The translations under genes and the position numbers were made by a program. Below, in pieces: positions 12,801 to 26,100 of a stretch of DNA of 64,000 nucleotides (positions are counted from its first letter, which is position 1; the number at the start of each line of letters is the position of its first letter). Source of the DNA: Acanthaster planci (taxonomy: Eukaryota); NCBI RefSeq assembly GCF_001949145.1, contig NW_019091355.1, positions 3,826,646-3,890,645 of the forward strand, given 5' to 3'. The notes under the pieces are model-generated. The model saw only the letters and a list, made by a program, of their open reading frames with translations. It ran no database searches and had not been told where the DNA came from.

Positions 12801-14133
12801 TTCTGAAAGTTCTGAGTGATAGTAATTATCAATAAAGAGGATTGCTTGAAATATAAGCATACTGGCTCAGTGGGAGTCCAGTTACTACACAAACACACAC
12901 CTTACATGCCTAGTGTGGACATTCTTTTCGTGCAGTTAAGAAAACTCAGTGAAAATACTTGTTTTTCTTGAACTGGGAACACGATTTTCAGCTGGCTTTT
13001 TGTACAAGGTTTCCTTGACTATTCCTCTATCTTTTACGACAGATGACCCCTACCCCAAAATGCCTCTGAACTTCTTTTTCAGAGAAGGGGGAACGTCCTG
13101 TGGACACGTGTAAGTCCACAGAACATTCCCCTATTTGTATGGACATCTCGTTCACAAGTCCACACCAGGTATGTAAGGTTAGAGCACAAGCCTGTCGTGA
13201 ACTAAGCAACCATGGGTAGAAACCCGCCCTCACTGACTACAGCTGTTAAGCAGACAAATCTGTCTTGGTAAATTAACTGTCCCGGGCGAAGCATCTGACA
13301 CTCGCATCGCTTAATACATTCTGGCTGGTAAGCAGGTTCTTTTCAAGCATATATTTTCTACACTTATGCAGCCTCCTCACAGAGCGTATGCACGCTGTGC
13401 TAAAACACCTTCTCTTTAAGATGGCTACACACGTTGGGGCCAACACTTGTGCATTCGCACAATGCATGTATGCACCACACACGCACAAGTATTTGATATT
13501 GTTCTTGATTCCATGGCTCACCGACTTTCAGCCGTGTGAGAGGCTTCCCGCACAGAAATTCACCCCAATATCAAGTTGAAGCGGTCAACAAATACGTGAC
13601 CTGTCACAAGCTGAGCCACATGTAGGAAATTTTGAAATTGAGAGTTTTTCCTTTTGATTCAGAGGATAGAGAGCTTTCAAATGGTATACAACACTTACGG
13701 TAAAAGTTGGACGACAATGTGACATTCTGGCGGCTTTAAGTCTTTCTTCCTGAAATTGTTTCAACCTTTTTGACCAGGCATGGATAATACTATCGTCAAA
13801 AAGTGATAAACAAAATGAAATTTTTTAATAACAACGGTTACTCTTTCCTGATCCTACAAAACCCCCAAACTGCCCTCCTTTTCAACTTTGAAACTAAAGC
13901 TATGCAACCCTGATCAACACAAAGACTTGTGGCATTTGGAACACAGCTTACGAGTGCCAAAAGTTATGGACGAAACATTATAACAATGTCCTGAATAGTT
14001 ACGTTTACATAATTAAGACGTACCTGCCTGGTTTTACCAAGCTGATGGACAGAAGCACTGAGTTACATGTTTGTTGAATCACGAGAGAGCTTCTGTGCAT
14101 GACTGAAGTTCCCATGTTGGTACAACTACATGC

Positions 14134-14364
14134 CGGTGTTGTAGTCGAGTTCATCACAAAACTATTTGCAAGCCCAGACACAAGACCAAGCACAAGACCA
14201 GATCGCAAGTAACTGGGCGAAAAATGACCAAGGAACACTTCTGCTGACAGTTCTTATGAAAAGCTTGTGACGTGAATTCAGACTGGAGGTCTTTGTGTTG
14301 GTCTTGTGACTGTTTTGTGGGGTTTTGTAATAGTCATATTAAAGAAATCTCGACTACAACATTA
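14134..14364. mobile_element. hAT-type MITE
   Basis: TIR core TGTTGTAGTCGAG / CTCGACTACAACA; perfect 8-bp TSD CTACATGC (14126-14133, 14365-14372); subterminal CAAGACC repeats. Confidence 0.82.
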
Positions 14365-15990
14365 CTACATGCATACATTAATTTAAGTTCTCGAACAGAC
14401 TCTCACAACATTTATGCCAAAGGTTACCGGCTAAGAAATTAAGAGCATAACCTTGTAAATGCTTCAGCTTATTTATTAAGAAAAGAAATATTTCCCTTCC
14501 ATTAAATAATCTTAATTCTCAGAAGTTGCACATGTTGTATGCACCAGTCTTGTAACCATCACTTCAGCGATTGAACACAGTGGTGTAGCAACAGAAGTTA
14601 GAAATATTAAAATCGCACATTGTTCAAACATGAATAATAGCACCAAGTAAGCACAAATTAAATTTTAAAAAGAACCCAAAAAAATACAAAATATTGGGAC
14701 GTTTCGCATGTTATTTAAGTATTGCTGAAACAAACCCAAAATCCTATGTTGCAATACCACGTTACCTTTACTTGGTTAAACATCGGTCAAAACAGATGCT
14801 TCTCTGCAGGTTTCAAATGCTCTGAAGATGGAGCAGCACCGGGGGGGGGTCATCAGTTCCAAAATGAGAACTGCAGACCTCTGTGGTGCATTGGCACTAG
14901 TCCAATGCCATCCCTATCTACACGTCGCATCCTCAGAGGGTGCCCGAGACATCACGGTACGCTGTCACAGCCATGACTTCACTCAGAGGTTGACCGTTGT
15001 TGCCACGGAGACCAGACAATGATTGGCTGCCATAACTAGGTGTGTTGGCTCACATGAAAACAGCACATAAATGCTTGACTGTGCTACAAGTGGGTTTCTC
15101 CTGAAAACCCACTTGTTTTTATGCTGTTTATCTACCCACGGAAAGAGGGCAAATTTGCGGCAACAGACTTTCACCAGTGTGCAAGACCGGTCTGCTGCTA
15201 TCTGCTCCTGGTTTTTGTGTCTGGCAACCAGACCTAAAACACGATGAAGTCACTCTCTGTTTACATGTGCGCTAGGCTATGGGGACTTTGGATTGCGTCC
15301 CACCTCACTGCCGTAGGAAACCGCACATGTAAAACAGAGTGTGACGTCATTATGTAACAGGTGCATCGCTTCAAGACATAGTGAGCACTGTTTAGTCTTT
15401 ATTAAGATGATTCTTGGTTCCAAGACATCCTTTGCAGAGCACCGTTTCAGTGGACAAGGGTACAGGACTGTACACTAAACCATCGCATGCCCACTGGAAC
15501 CAAGAGTGGAATATGTTAGCTACAGGAGAGGCAAAGTTGCTACAAGTATGTCGGAAGTGTGAACCACAGGCTAAGGAAGTGATGTACTGCTGTGCCAACA
15601 AATTGACTTGTAAATGAATTGCACAAATAATGCAAAATATGCCATCGGCAGATTTTCAACGATAATCACGACTGGTCCAACTACAATAATGACCTAGCAT
15701 GCATGGGTAACACTCTGAAAGTGTCTAGGTATAGCAGTTTCATTACTGCAATTATGTACAGCTGGCTGGTGGCTGCTAAGTGTATTGCTAATTTCATTAC
15801 GTTCAGAGTAAAATCCAGCATATGCAGCAGGGTATGAGACGGAGAGAACCCCCCCNNNNNNNNNNNNNNNNNNNNNNNNNNNNNNNNNNNNNNNNNNNNN
15901 NNNNNNNNNNNNNNNNNNNNNNNNNNNNNNNNNNNNNNNNNNNNNNNNNNNNNNNNNNNNNCGGTCTCATTTCTTGCTGGGTATAAAATC

Positions 15991-16205
15991 CAGTGTTTTA
16001 GTCGAGACCACTACAAGACCTCACACAAGACCATGCACCAGACCAGTCAAAGTGACAGGGCGAACAATCACAAAGGAATGCTTTTGCTGCAGTTCATTTG
16101 AATAGCTTGTGACTTGAATTCAGACTGGAGGTCTTGTGTTGGTCTTGTGCCGGTCTTGGGTGGTCTTGTGAAGGTCTAAAGTGGTCTCGAAAAAAAACAA
16201 CACTG
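15991..16205. mobile_element. hAT-type MITE, same family as 14134-14364
   Basis: CAGTGTT...AACACTG termini; 8-bp TSD ATAAAATC/GTAAAATC; shared core AGCTTGTGAC.TGAATTCAGACTGGAGGTCTT. Confidence 0.8.
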
Positions 16206-17001
16206 GTAAAATCTTGTCATTCACGCAAGTGACATGTTGGGCTAAAGGGTGACAGGACCTATTTTGCTGCCTTTGACGTTAGTGCGAGGACATTCTCACT
16301 GGGTATTTTTGAAATAAATCAGGACATGCACACTTTTCAGTACCTCCTACACGATGGAAATTATCAAGTCATGAAATAGTGTCTTAAATTATTTGCTAGA
16401 TGGTGAGTAGATATGTCAAATAAAAATGACACGTACTCAGTTTTTTTTCAGTCGACTACTGGCTACTTACCAAGAGGCTTGATGCTAGACCAAAATCTAA
16501 ATGAAATTGCTGCCGGCCCATTACAGATGGTCAAGGTCGTAACATTCCTTTGCGGTCTTCTTGTTTTTTTTATCAATTTCACGTTTCCAAGTATGTTGTT
16601 GCCTTTACAGCTTTTTTACTAGTTTGGTTTTTAGAATTTTCATTTAATTCTGGAGTAGTTGCCACTAGCGTTGTGTTTTCGCAATGTGCAGATTTTTTTA
16701 ATAAAATTGATTCCAGTCTTGGAATTGGGTGGAAACTAACCCTCCCTCTCTGTGTGCTTAAAATCAATCAATAAATAAAGTTATTTGATAAATATGATGA
16801 TGTGATGCGTCAAATCTACAAGATTCAGCAGCCTATACCATTTAGTCAGAGGTCTTAGGTAGCTTTGACCTACAATATTCACTGGGAGCCGGTCGCAGCC
16901 CTCCGTGTTTACCAGTACCCCCACTGGATGTGGAATTCGGTGTCCATGTTGTTCCCCTGGGCCCCTCTCTCCTTTTCGCCACTGGGGGCGCCCTCCTCAT
17001 G

Positions 17002-17174
17002 TCATGTGGGCTTGTCGATGATAGCCACGCCCGAGTAGCTCCGGACGGTGGTCATGCAGGAGGGCAACACCACCCAGGCGTCGGCCCGCGAGTCGTAGCA
17101 CTCCACCGAGGACAGGTTGGCCGAGCCGTCGTCCCCACCCACGACGTACAGGAGGGTGTTGACGGCCGCCACGC
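17002..17174 (-). CDS. KLHL2: kelch gene last exon ([28 protein letters not shown]...GVAIIDKPT*)
   Basis: TTTTTCTAG acceptor; kelch repeat 6; TGA at 17004-17002. Confidence 0.93.
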
Positions 17175-20100
17175 CTAGAAAAAGGAATTCCGTTGTGAAC
17201 TGGATGGAGCAGGTTAAGAAATCAAGTGATGTGGTCTTGTCATCGCAAATCCTATTTACTTAGCTGAAAAGTGGGCTATTAACCACAGAAAAAAAAATCT
17301 GTCTTCTTTGAAGTGAGTTTCAAGTACTGTCATGTGTCAGTACTTATGCACACCGCTAGATTTCTGTTATCCACCAAAGTCTGCCCCAAAAGTTAGCCTG
17401 CTCTTTCCTGTGCCTCCTTCTCAGAGCTACTGAGAGAAGGCCATAGGTTCAAGGAGCAGAGAACGTAGAATTTGGGGTGAATTTATGTTTGATCCACGTT
17501 CACAGATGTAAAACTTCACGGGACTCACAAAACTTCCAAGGTAGTAAAATTATGCAATGAAAAAAAGATTTTGCAGCATGTTTAAAACATTACAAAAACT
17601 GGAAGGTGTCAATTCTAGCCAGATCTTTGATGCTCAACAATGTCTACAGGGTACCGTAGTGAATACATCACGTGCACAATTATGTATGTAAAAGGTACAG
17701 TGCGACAGCCAGTGCGTGAACCATGAACAAACGTACTCCATTCGTTTGTATGGCATTTACTTGTTCTAAATGACATCACACTTTGGTACTCTACAGTAGC
17801 AATATACAAACTGACAGATGTTATCTATAGTCAAATTTTTTGTGTAAGAATCACGCTTAAACCTCCTAACTTGTCAAATATACTGGTCTGTGCGGCATAG
17901 TAACAGGCAAAGGGTGATGGGTAAAGAACGAGACAAACAGACGGACAGACTGACTGACCAGCGTTCCTCCGGCAGTGGGTCATGTCGTTGACGCATGTCC
18001 ACTCGTTGGTGTCCGGGTTGTACATCTCCACGCTCTTTCTGACCATGGGGCCGTCGTGGCCGCCCACGGCATACAGCATGCCGTCCACCACTCCCACGCC
18101 TACCGGTGATATATGATCAAGGGTCAGTTGACAAAAAGGTCCAATTTTGTCCCACNNNNNNNNNNNNNNNNNNNNNNNNNNNNNNNNNNNNNNNNNNNNN
18201 NNNNNNNNNNNNNNNNNNNNNNNNNNNNNNNNNNNNNNNNNNNNNNNNNNNNNNNNNNNNNNNNNNNNNNNNNNNNNNNNNNNNNNNNNNNNNNNNNNNN
18301 NNNNNNNNNNNNNNNNNNNNNNNNNNNNNNNNNNNNNNNNNNNNNNNNNNNNNNNNNNNNNNNNNNNNNNNNNNNNNNNNNNNNNNNNNNNNNNNNNNNN
18401 NNNNNNNNNNNNNNNNNNNNNNNNNNNNNNNNNNNNNNNNNNNNNNNNNNNNNNNNNNNNNNNNNNNNNNNNNNNNNNNNNNNNNNNNNNNNNNNNNNNN
18501 NNNNNNNNNNNNNNNNNNNNNNNNNNNNNNNNNNNNNNNNNNNNNNNNNNNNNNNNNNNNNNNNNNNNNNNNNNNNNNNNNNNNNNNNNNNNNNNNNNNN
18601 NNNNNNNNNNNNNNNNNNNCCATTCAGCTTTTCTGGATGGAACTAATATTAGTACTGTTCACATTCTGTAGCTCAAACAGGATTACATTGTTTATGACCT
18701 GTACAATATACTTTTCAATCTGCAAAATGTTTGATAATGTTGTTAAAATTTGACATGAAGAAAAGTTGAATGGCTTCACGTGTAACAGGACTCCAAAACG
18801 TCCCCAAGTTGGACCCCCAATTTATAGAATCACTCATATATGGCTGAAAAAGATGTCCAAAAGAAAAGGGCCACAATTGACCAAGATTTATGAGGACACT
18901 TTGTGAGTCCCTTAATCTACCTGCTCCGCTCCGTCTGGTGTTCATCTCCTTGACGAGTGTCCACTCGTCTTTGACAGGGTCGTAACGCTCCACTGAACTC
19001 AAACAATGTCTGGACGCACCGTCGTACCCGCCGACCGCGTACAGATAATCTGCAGCAGGGATGGCCATTTATCACTGTGATCTTAAGAAAGTGGTTTGCA
19101 TCGCAAACATCAAATCGACGGGATGTTCCTTTACAGGATGTTGACCCTAACAGTCCTCAATCCTTCACCCGTTGGAGGACTGAGGACTGTCAGGGTTAAA
19201 GAATGAAATCCTGTCTCGGCAATAAAACAGGTACAGGCGATACTTTCAGACTGGGTTTTGACCTTCAGGAGTGTGATGTTACGAGTACTCTGTACCCTGC
19301 CCTGGTGGGCCACATTGGCCCAGGACAGGCTCCACTTGTTTGCCTGACGTGAGAGTGAATGCCTCTTATTTTTATGAGGCTGATGAGTTGCTGTAGGTGG
19401 TTGAATGTTCAGTGTCTCAGCACAGAAGTTATCACAGCCTAAGAACAAATTTTTCAGACTGCCAAGTTATGGCATAATTACTAACATCATGATATTGGGT
19501 GTGATTGCTAGCAAACTAGACTGCGTGGCTTCTGCCTAGAAGTCTGCAGGACAGGATAACGACAATCCGGACACCATCAACGCAGAACAATATAGCTCAG
19601 CCGGCTGAGAGCTGGCACCACACTACAAGGAAACGGAAGGTTTCCACATTTCATTTCAGCCACTCTGTTTCATGTGGGAAATTGATTCAGGAGCTTAGTG
19701 AACCAAATTACCATTGAGTACTGCTACGCCAACACTGCTCCGTCGCGTGTTCATGCAGGCCACTGATCTCCACTCGTTCAGCTTAGGGTCATAGGCCTCA
19801 ACGCTACTCAGTCCTGCAAGACAACAGTAAAAAATCTGGATAGTGAAGATTGTACTTGGGTGCCGCACCACACAAAAATCTGTGTGTGACTGACTGATTG
19901 ACTGACTGTCAGCAATGGAAAAATTGTTGCCCTGGTTCGGGATAGGGGGACTGTGTGACCTGAAAGATGGGCTTGTGGGATCCAAGTCCAACTGCTGGGC
20001 AGGAGTAGCATCCCTGGGTGAGTCAATTCAACCCCCACCCCACCCAGCAGGTGTGAATTCATACTGCGGGGCAACCTACTATTTGCGCGCTACAAAAACA

Positions 20101-23100
20101 GTTACCATGCTGCAACATAATTGGCGGCAACTGCGGATCAAAGATCCTTGCGCACTGTTGCAATATGGATTGTTCAACTGGGACATACAATGCCAAATGC
20201 AAAACTGAAGCTTGCAGATGTAGAGCCTAATTCTATGTAACATGGCGAAGGGTCTAAAAGGTCATGAGGGAGAATGGAAATCCTCTGAGGTGGCCTCATG
20301 CCATGGAAAATTATACTTAACACCGACCAGTTCAGCAGAAATTTGCTAGGCAAAGACATCGGTGAGAGGGAAGCTCTTTTTGGGGTCAAACCGTTTATAG
20401 AAATAATGTTAGTCTTTGAACAAAGCTACAAAGCCACGTGAAGGATGCCACATGCCAACAGCACTTAGTTTACTGGCACCTGCCAAAGTCACATTTGGAA
20501 CGTACCCGTGGTGCCGTCAAACCCCCCCACGGCATAAATGCGGCTGTTGAGCACGGCCACGCCCAGCGTGCTTCGCCGGGCCTCCATGGACGCCACCGAG
20601 GACCACATGTTCCTGCTGGGGTCGTACACGTCCACCGTTCTCACGCGCAGGGATCCGTTGAAACCACCTACTGCATAGACCAGTCCGTTGAGTACCGCGA
20701 TACCTGAGGGGCGGAGAGTGAAAGTGTAATGCTGGAGGGGAGACTGGCTCAGGCTAGTCTGACTTCGAAAGGCCTATTTGCACTCAGTGGGAATGTGAAC
20801 TACTTAACCCCTTCACGCTGGGATTCTTTTGACCGCGACTGCTGGGCTGTGGTATGCCCAGTGTGCACAGCTCTGTCCAGCAGCAGGCCCCATTGAACCA
20901 GCAGCTGCATGGTGAATAGACTGTATGTGTGGTATGCACTAATCCTCACACAAAGCCGCGGCTCTTGTCGTCTCCCTGAGCGAAGGGGTTAGCCTCTGAA
21001 CCAGTAGTGTCTTAGGGAGGGGTGGTAGAATACAATGATCTGAAGCTTTCTACACAAAACGGGGAATCTGATACAGGAAATGGATTACATGCAAAATCAG
21101 AACGGTGAACGTTGATCATGAATGTTAAACGGGGACAGGTGAATATGGATCCATGATAAAAGAACTGAATGGTGCACACATTCCCCACTGGTCTTTGAAG
21201 TCTCAATGTGTAAGTAAACTTAACCCCGTCTCATCGAGAAGCCTTAAGAGACGCCATAAAAATTGAGATCCCTCAGCCCGCTTTTCAGCTATTATTCTCG
21301 GTCCACGCTCGAGCGAACACGGTGAAAGAAGGCACACCCTGGCTCTTGTATAGATGGTGATTGGCCTTTGTGTGTTGCCAAGGAACGAAAAGGCCGAATT
21401 TGCCTCATCGTCACCAGCTTCACAATAGTCCCCACTTTGAAAAGAGGCAACAGGAATGTGGAAGCGTGAGTACAGCCACATGCCACCGAACAATGAGCCT
21501 TTTCAATGAGTAAATCAAAGCGTGCAGAGCACGCAGGGCCAAAAAACCGAGAATATGCGGTTTGGCGGGTGGCCTTCCTGGCCAAGCGAGGCTGGAATTC
21601 TCGGAGTCGGCTTTCAGAAAAAAGTCCTGGCGTCAAGGGGTTAAATGGGGCAAAAATTCTATGTGTGATAGACAAACAAAGGCGTGACCAAACTACTACT
21701 TTTTACAGTCGCCCAAAGACGTGGTCGTCTCCGGGGGGGGGGGAAAGAAGGCTGCTGCCCAGTTGCTGCCCGACCAATGGAAACATTGCAGCTGGAAAGG
21801 TCTGACATTCATCACTAGCCTGGCATTATTAAAGCAACAGCAGGACGGCTAATGCTGATATGAAAAGAGGATGGGTTGGAGAGGGAGAGAGGGGTGGGAG
21901 ATCGGAATGGAAAGGGGTGTAGGGAATAGGGTGGAAAAGAGAGAGACAGAAAAAAGGGAGGGCGGACTTTGTCCTGATCTACCTGCCCTGCAGCGTCTGG
22001 ACGGCATCTCAGCAGCCTGGGACCACTTCTCCTCTTTGAAGTCATACACCTCAACGCTACGGATAGCTTTAGGGGCCTGGCCTCCGACGACAAGCATAAG
22101 CTGGACGGATCACACAGAGGATTTCTGATGATGAATGCTTACACTCCGAGTAGCCTTAACTCCCCCCCCCAGCATATCACTTGGGGTGTAGGACTCACTC
22201 AGAAGTACAAAATGCTTAGTGGTAATCTGAGGCTGAAGGCCTTGCATTATGAAATATTACTTCCGATCCTGGGGCATTGGGACTGTTTGTTGTATGGGGT
22301 GCAACCAGGTCAAGTGCTTTATACAAGCTACTGTGTTTGTGGTTAAGGTGAGGTTAGGTTTAGCCGTAGAGAAAGGACGCAGGTGGACGCTCACGCTCCA
22401 TGATTCAAAACTGTGGATTTATGAGCCCAGTCCGTTACCGCAGTGACAAGGCAATTTCTTTTGTTATGAAAGTCACAACTGAGTTTTGCCGAGAAAAATG
22501 TCCCCGCCACATCCACGGTCAACACATGTAGTCCCCACAACAATTATTTGTGTGCTCCTGTATAGAGGTTTTTCACGTGATGTAACATGACGAGCAAAGG
22601 CATTTTAGGAAGTGTTCCATGTTCATGGAGGCACGTGCATTTCAAATCTGGATATTTCTATTGGCAGTTTTATGTACGCTAGAATGTTAAGAGACTTTGA
22701 AGGCGCACGCTTTTCTGTGCACATGTGTAACTTGAATGCTGACCGTCAAAAATCAAGTGAGTGAAAATCCTCGGTTAAGGACTTCCGTGCTACTCAAGGA
22801 CTATCGTTGCATACCAACATATATGTAAGTACCTTTGCTGTTTGCTAGCACATCATATTGAAATAAAAAAAAATCAAACATACAAGAAACTAAGATTTCT
22901 CAGGAAAGTGCAGAGATTAAAAAGGAGTAACAGAATCATTCAGGAAAGTGAAACTTCACAAGGATTATTAAACTGCATCATGAAGTAACTGAGAAGAATT
23001 TTAACGTAACTCGTTAAGCATTTTTTACTTTGGATTTTGAATCCGCCTTAGTAAAACACTGTTGACATTCTTTGTGCCTACATTTCTAAGAAGCATCAAG

Positions 23101-26100
23101 CCCCTTGTGAAGTAACATGAAGTGGGCTCTACCTCCTTCAATCAAACAAAGCTTTCCAATCTCTTTGTGGATTTCAAAGATATCTTGGAGGGTTAGAGCA
23201 AAAGGAAAAAAAACACAAAAATATTTCGTGAAGGAGGCTGGAACCTGTCAGACCTTTGGCAGTCCGATGGGTGTCCTGGGCTTGGTGCGGGGGTTCTTGA
23301 TGAGCGCTCGCTGCTCCTTGGCTAGGAGGTGGTACTTCATGGCCTCGATCAGGTAGTCCTTGCAGCTGCTGGAGGACTTGATCAGTGGCTCCTCCTCTAC
23401 CCGCTGCACCAGGTAGTCCCGGGAGAGCAGGGGCAGGCGGACGTGCTCCAGCAGGCGCGGCATGTAGTCGCAGCGATTGGCTGGCTCGCTGTTGACCCAG
23501 CCCACCACAGCCTCAAACACCTAGGGAGGAGACAAAGGAAAAAAAAGGGGAGCGCGGTTCCCTTTTTGAGCACTGTCTCTTGACTTCAGGGGTGAAGATT
23601 TGCATTAAAGACGGGGAGAGGTTTAATGGCAGTGGAATAATGAAATTTCAAATGATTCAAGTTTGAAATGAGGGTGGGGATACGAGGATCTGGACTCCAC
23701 CTGACCACTGCTGTGTCAAATCAATTACAAGTCATTAACAAATCATCCACTTGCATGTGAAGTTGTAAGCGATTCAGATGAACTCTAACAAAAGCATTCC
23801 TTTGTTGCTGTTCATCCTGAATATTGACAATGCATGCTTTATGTACATTTCCATTCGTTTGCATGGGGAACTCTTTGTTACATTTTAATTTCTCACTTGT
23901 TGCTGATGTTTTTACTGGGTTTCTGTCTAGTAGAAAAATCTAGGATCAATCCCTCGTGCCAAAAATTACAAAACAGAAGAGTTTCTCTGATTCCAGGATC
24001 TGCATCCCTGTTCAAGTTTTGGAGAAACATGCGCGGCACCCATTAGTCTATCAATATCCAAGTACAAAATCATACTACACTGACCATTATAACCACAGTT
24101 TAGTACATTGTTAAATTAGTTCATGTCTTTGCCCGAGGGGTCTCGGGTGTATTGTTGTAGTGGGTGCTTACCTCTTCTTCTGTGGGCACAGTCAGGTGGT
24201 CGCTGCTGATCAAGTCGCTGACTTGGTCGGCAGACAATGCAGTGAACTCATCGCTGTGGACAACGGCGCTGTACAGACACGAACCAATAATTCACATATT
24301 AGAAAAAGTCTCAATATTCGAAATGGTCACAACGGAGATTAACTGCCTAATTCACTGCCTTGGGACAGTCACAGCACCCTCTATTGTTGAAAAATTCGTG
24401 GGTGTTGTTATGGGATGGCGCGTTACTGGAGCGTAGTGGACTGAAGTTTTTTGAACCCTACAATTGTTTTCTTGCTCAATATTTGTGACTTCACTTAAGC
24501 TTGTACAGAACCAGGAGACCGTGTAAAGTGTAAGAACGCTCCAAGTTTGTATCACCTGTATCCGCCCCGAGCTGGAGTGCCAACCCCAATTGGCGAAAGA
24601 AAGACAGGTGGTTACAAGTGGGTTCTTGCACGCGTTCTGCATGTATGCAAAGACCTTACATACCGGAATAAATCAGTTACGCGTATTCAGTGTGCTTCAA
24701 GTCAAACGTGTATATACTTGTGTGCCTCAAGGCACGCCTAAGCGGTAAGTACCAAAAACACGCCCTGTTTTGTTCCGCTCGGAGCAGATTAGACCAGGAA
24801 TGTGGCGAAAACCACTGCCAAGTGAGAGGCTTGAAGTTGAACTGTACATGTATCGGTGAACTGTGTTTGTTTTTCTTGAGCAATTGGACGGTTACAAACT
24901 TGATCTCAGGCTCACTCTTGTCCGTCACAAACACATGACATTGGGCCATCAACAGACCTAGAATGGGCCCAAACTTGGCACATAGAATTGTACATCACCA
25001 GTAAACTTACATTTTACAGTGCAGACCCAAACTCCCCAGGTAATATGCTGTGAGGCTTACAGAACCGTCCAATGCATATGAAACCACTGGCGCATTCTCC
25101 ATACTTCGGTTCCAACTAACTACTATGTACTGAACAACACATCTCATTGGCTGGTCACAATTAAACGTGGGGCCACTGACCAACCGTGGTGCAGCTTTTG
25201 GCTTTGCAGGCCTACCTGAAGTGCTGCATGGTGTAGTTCTGCGCGTAGTGGTAGAGCTCGCTGCAGGAGTGCATGTCGGCGAAGGCCCTGATGCCCAGGC
25301 AGTTGGTTGGGTGGAGTTGCTTCTGGAGGAAGTCGCAGCAGGCGCTGCGGACGTCGATCAGCTGCAGCAGGCTGGCTGCTGGCAAGAGTGTCTGACAATG
25401 TAAGCAAATGATACCAGTGATGATAAAGAAAGACGATATCGATTAAAATGATGTGGTGGCGGTTATGACTGTAGTAACTGCAATGGCGCCAACATTGTTG
25501 AGGCAACAATATGGCAACAGAGGAGATGACGATCATGACAATAATGATCAACATGATAAATGTGACCACCATAGTTAACCCTTACTCTCTTCAATCCTCC
25601 AACAGGTGAAAGATTGAAGTCTACTGAAAGAGTGATTTAACAAACGAGAAAAAAGCTTCAACCTCTTGAAGCGTTAATGATTTGATCTCCTGCATACTGA
25701 AAACAGCCCTTTCAAGATTAATATCCATTTGAGTTAGTCATTCTGCATTACAAACTGTTGTGAAAGCCATTTTATGATGTGTTCAATTATTTGATTAATT
25801 TGTAACTATTCCTTGTGCGGTGTCCTGCCTCCTTTCAGAGGCAGTCAGGTGCCTACTTTATTGCCGATCCTGAGCAGCTGTTACATGTATATTCTCTTGC
25901 TTCTGCCCAACGACTGTTTCATGAACGGTTTGCAGGCAGTCCCAGCTCACCTGGACATTTTCCTCCGTCACCTGTATCTCGGAGGTGTACACGTAGTCCA
26001 GCAGCAGGGCCAGGGCGCTGCCGTCAATCTCCTGCAGGATGATCTTCTGGGCGCGGCTCTCAGACAGCTCGCTGGTGAACATGGCCGAGAAGTACGGGCT

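Noticed and set aside
17002..17004. Selenocysteine decoding of the kelch UGA
   Set aside because: No SECIS recognised by eye in the proximal 3'UTR and no conserved Cys at this position; a SECIS search of 12-17 kb was not run.
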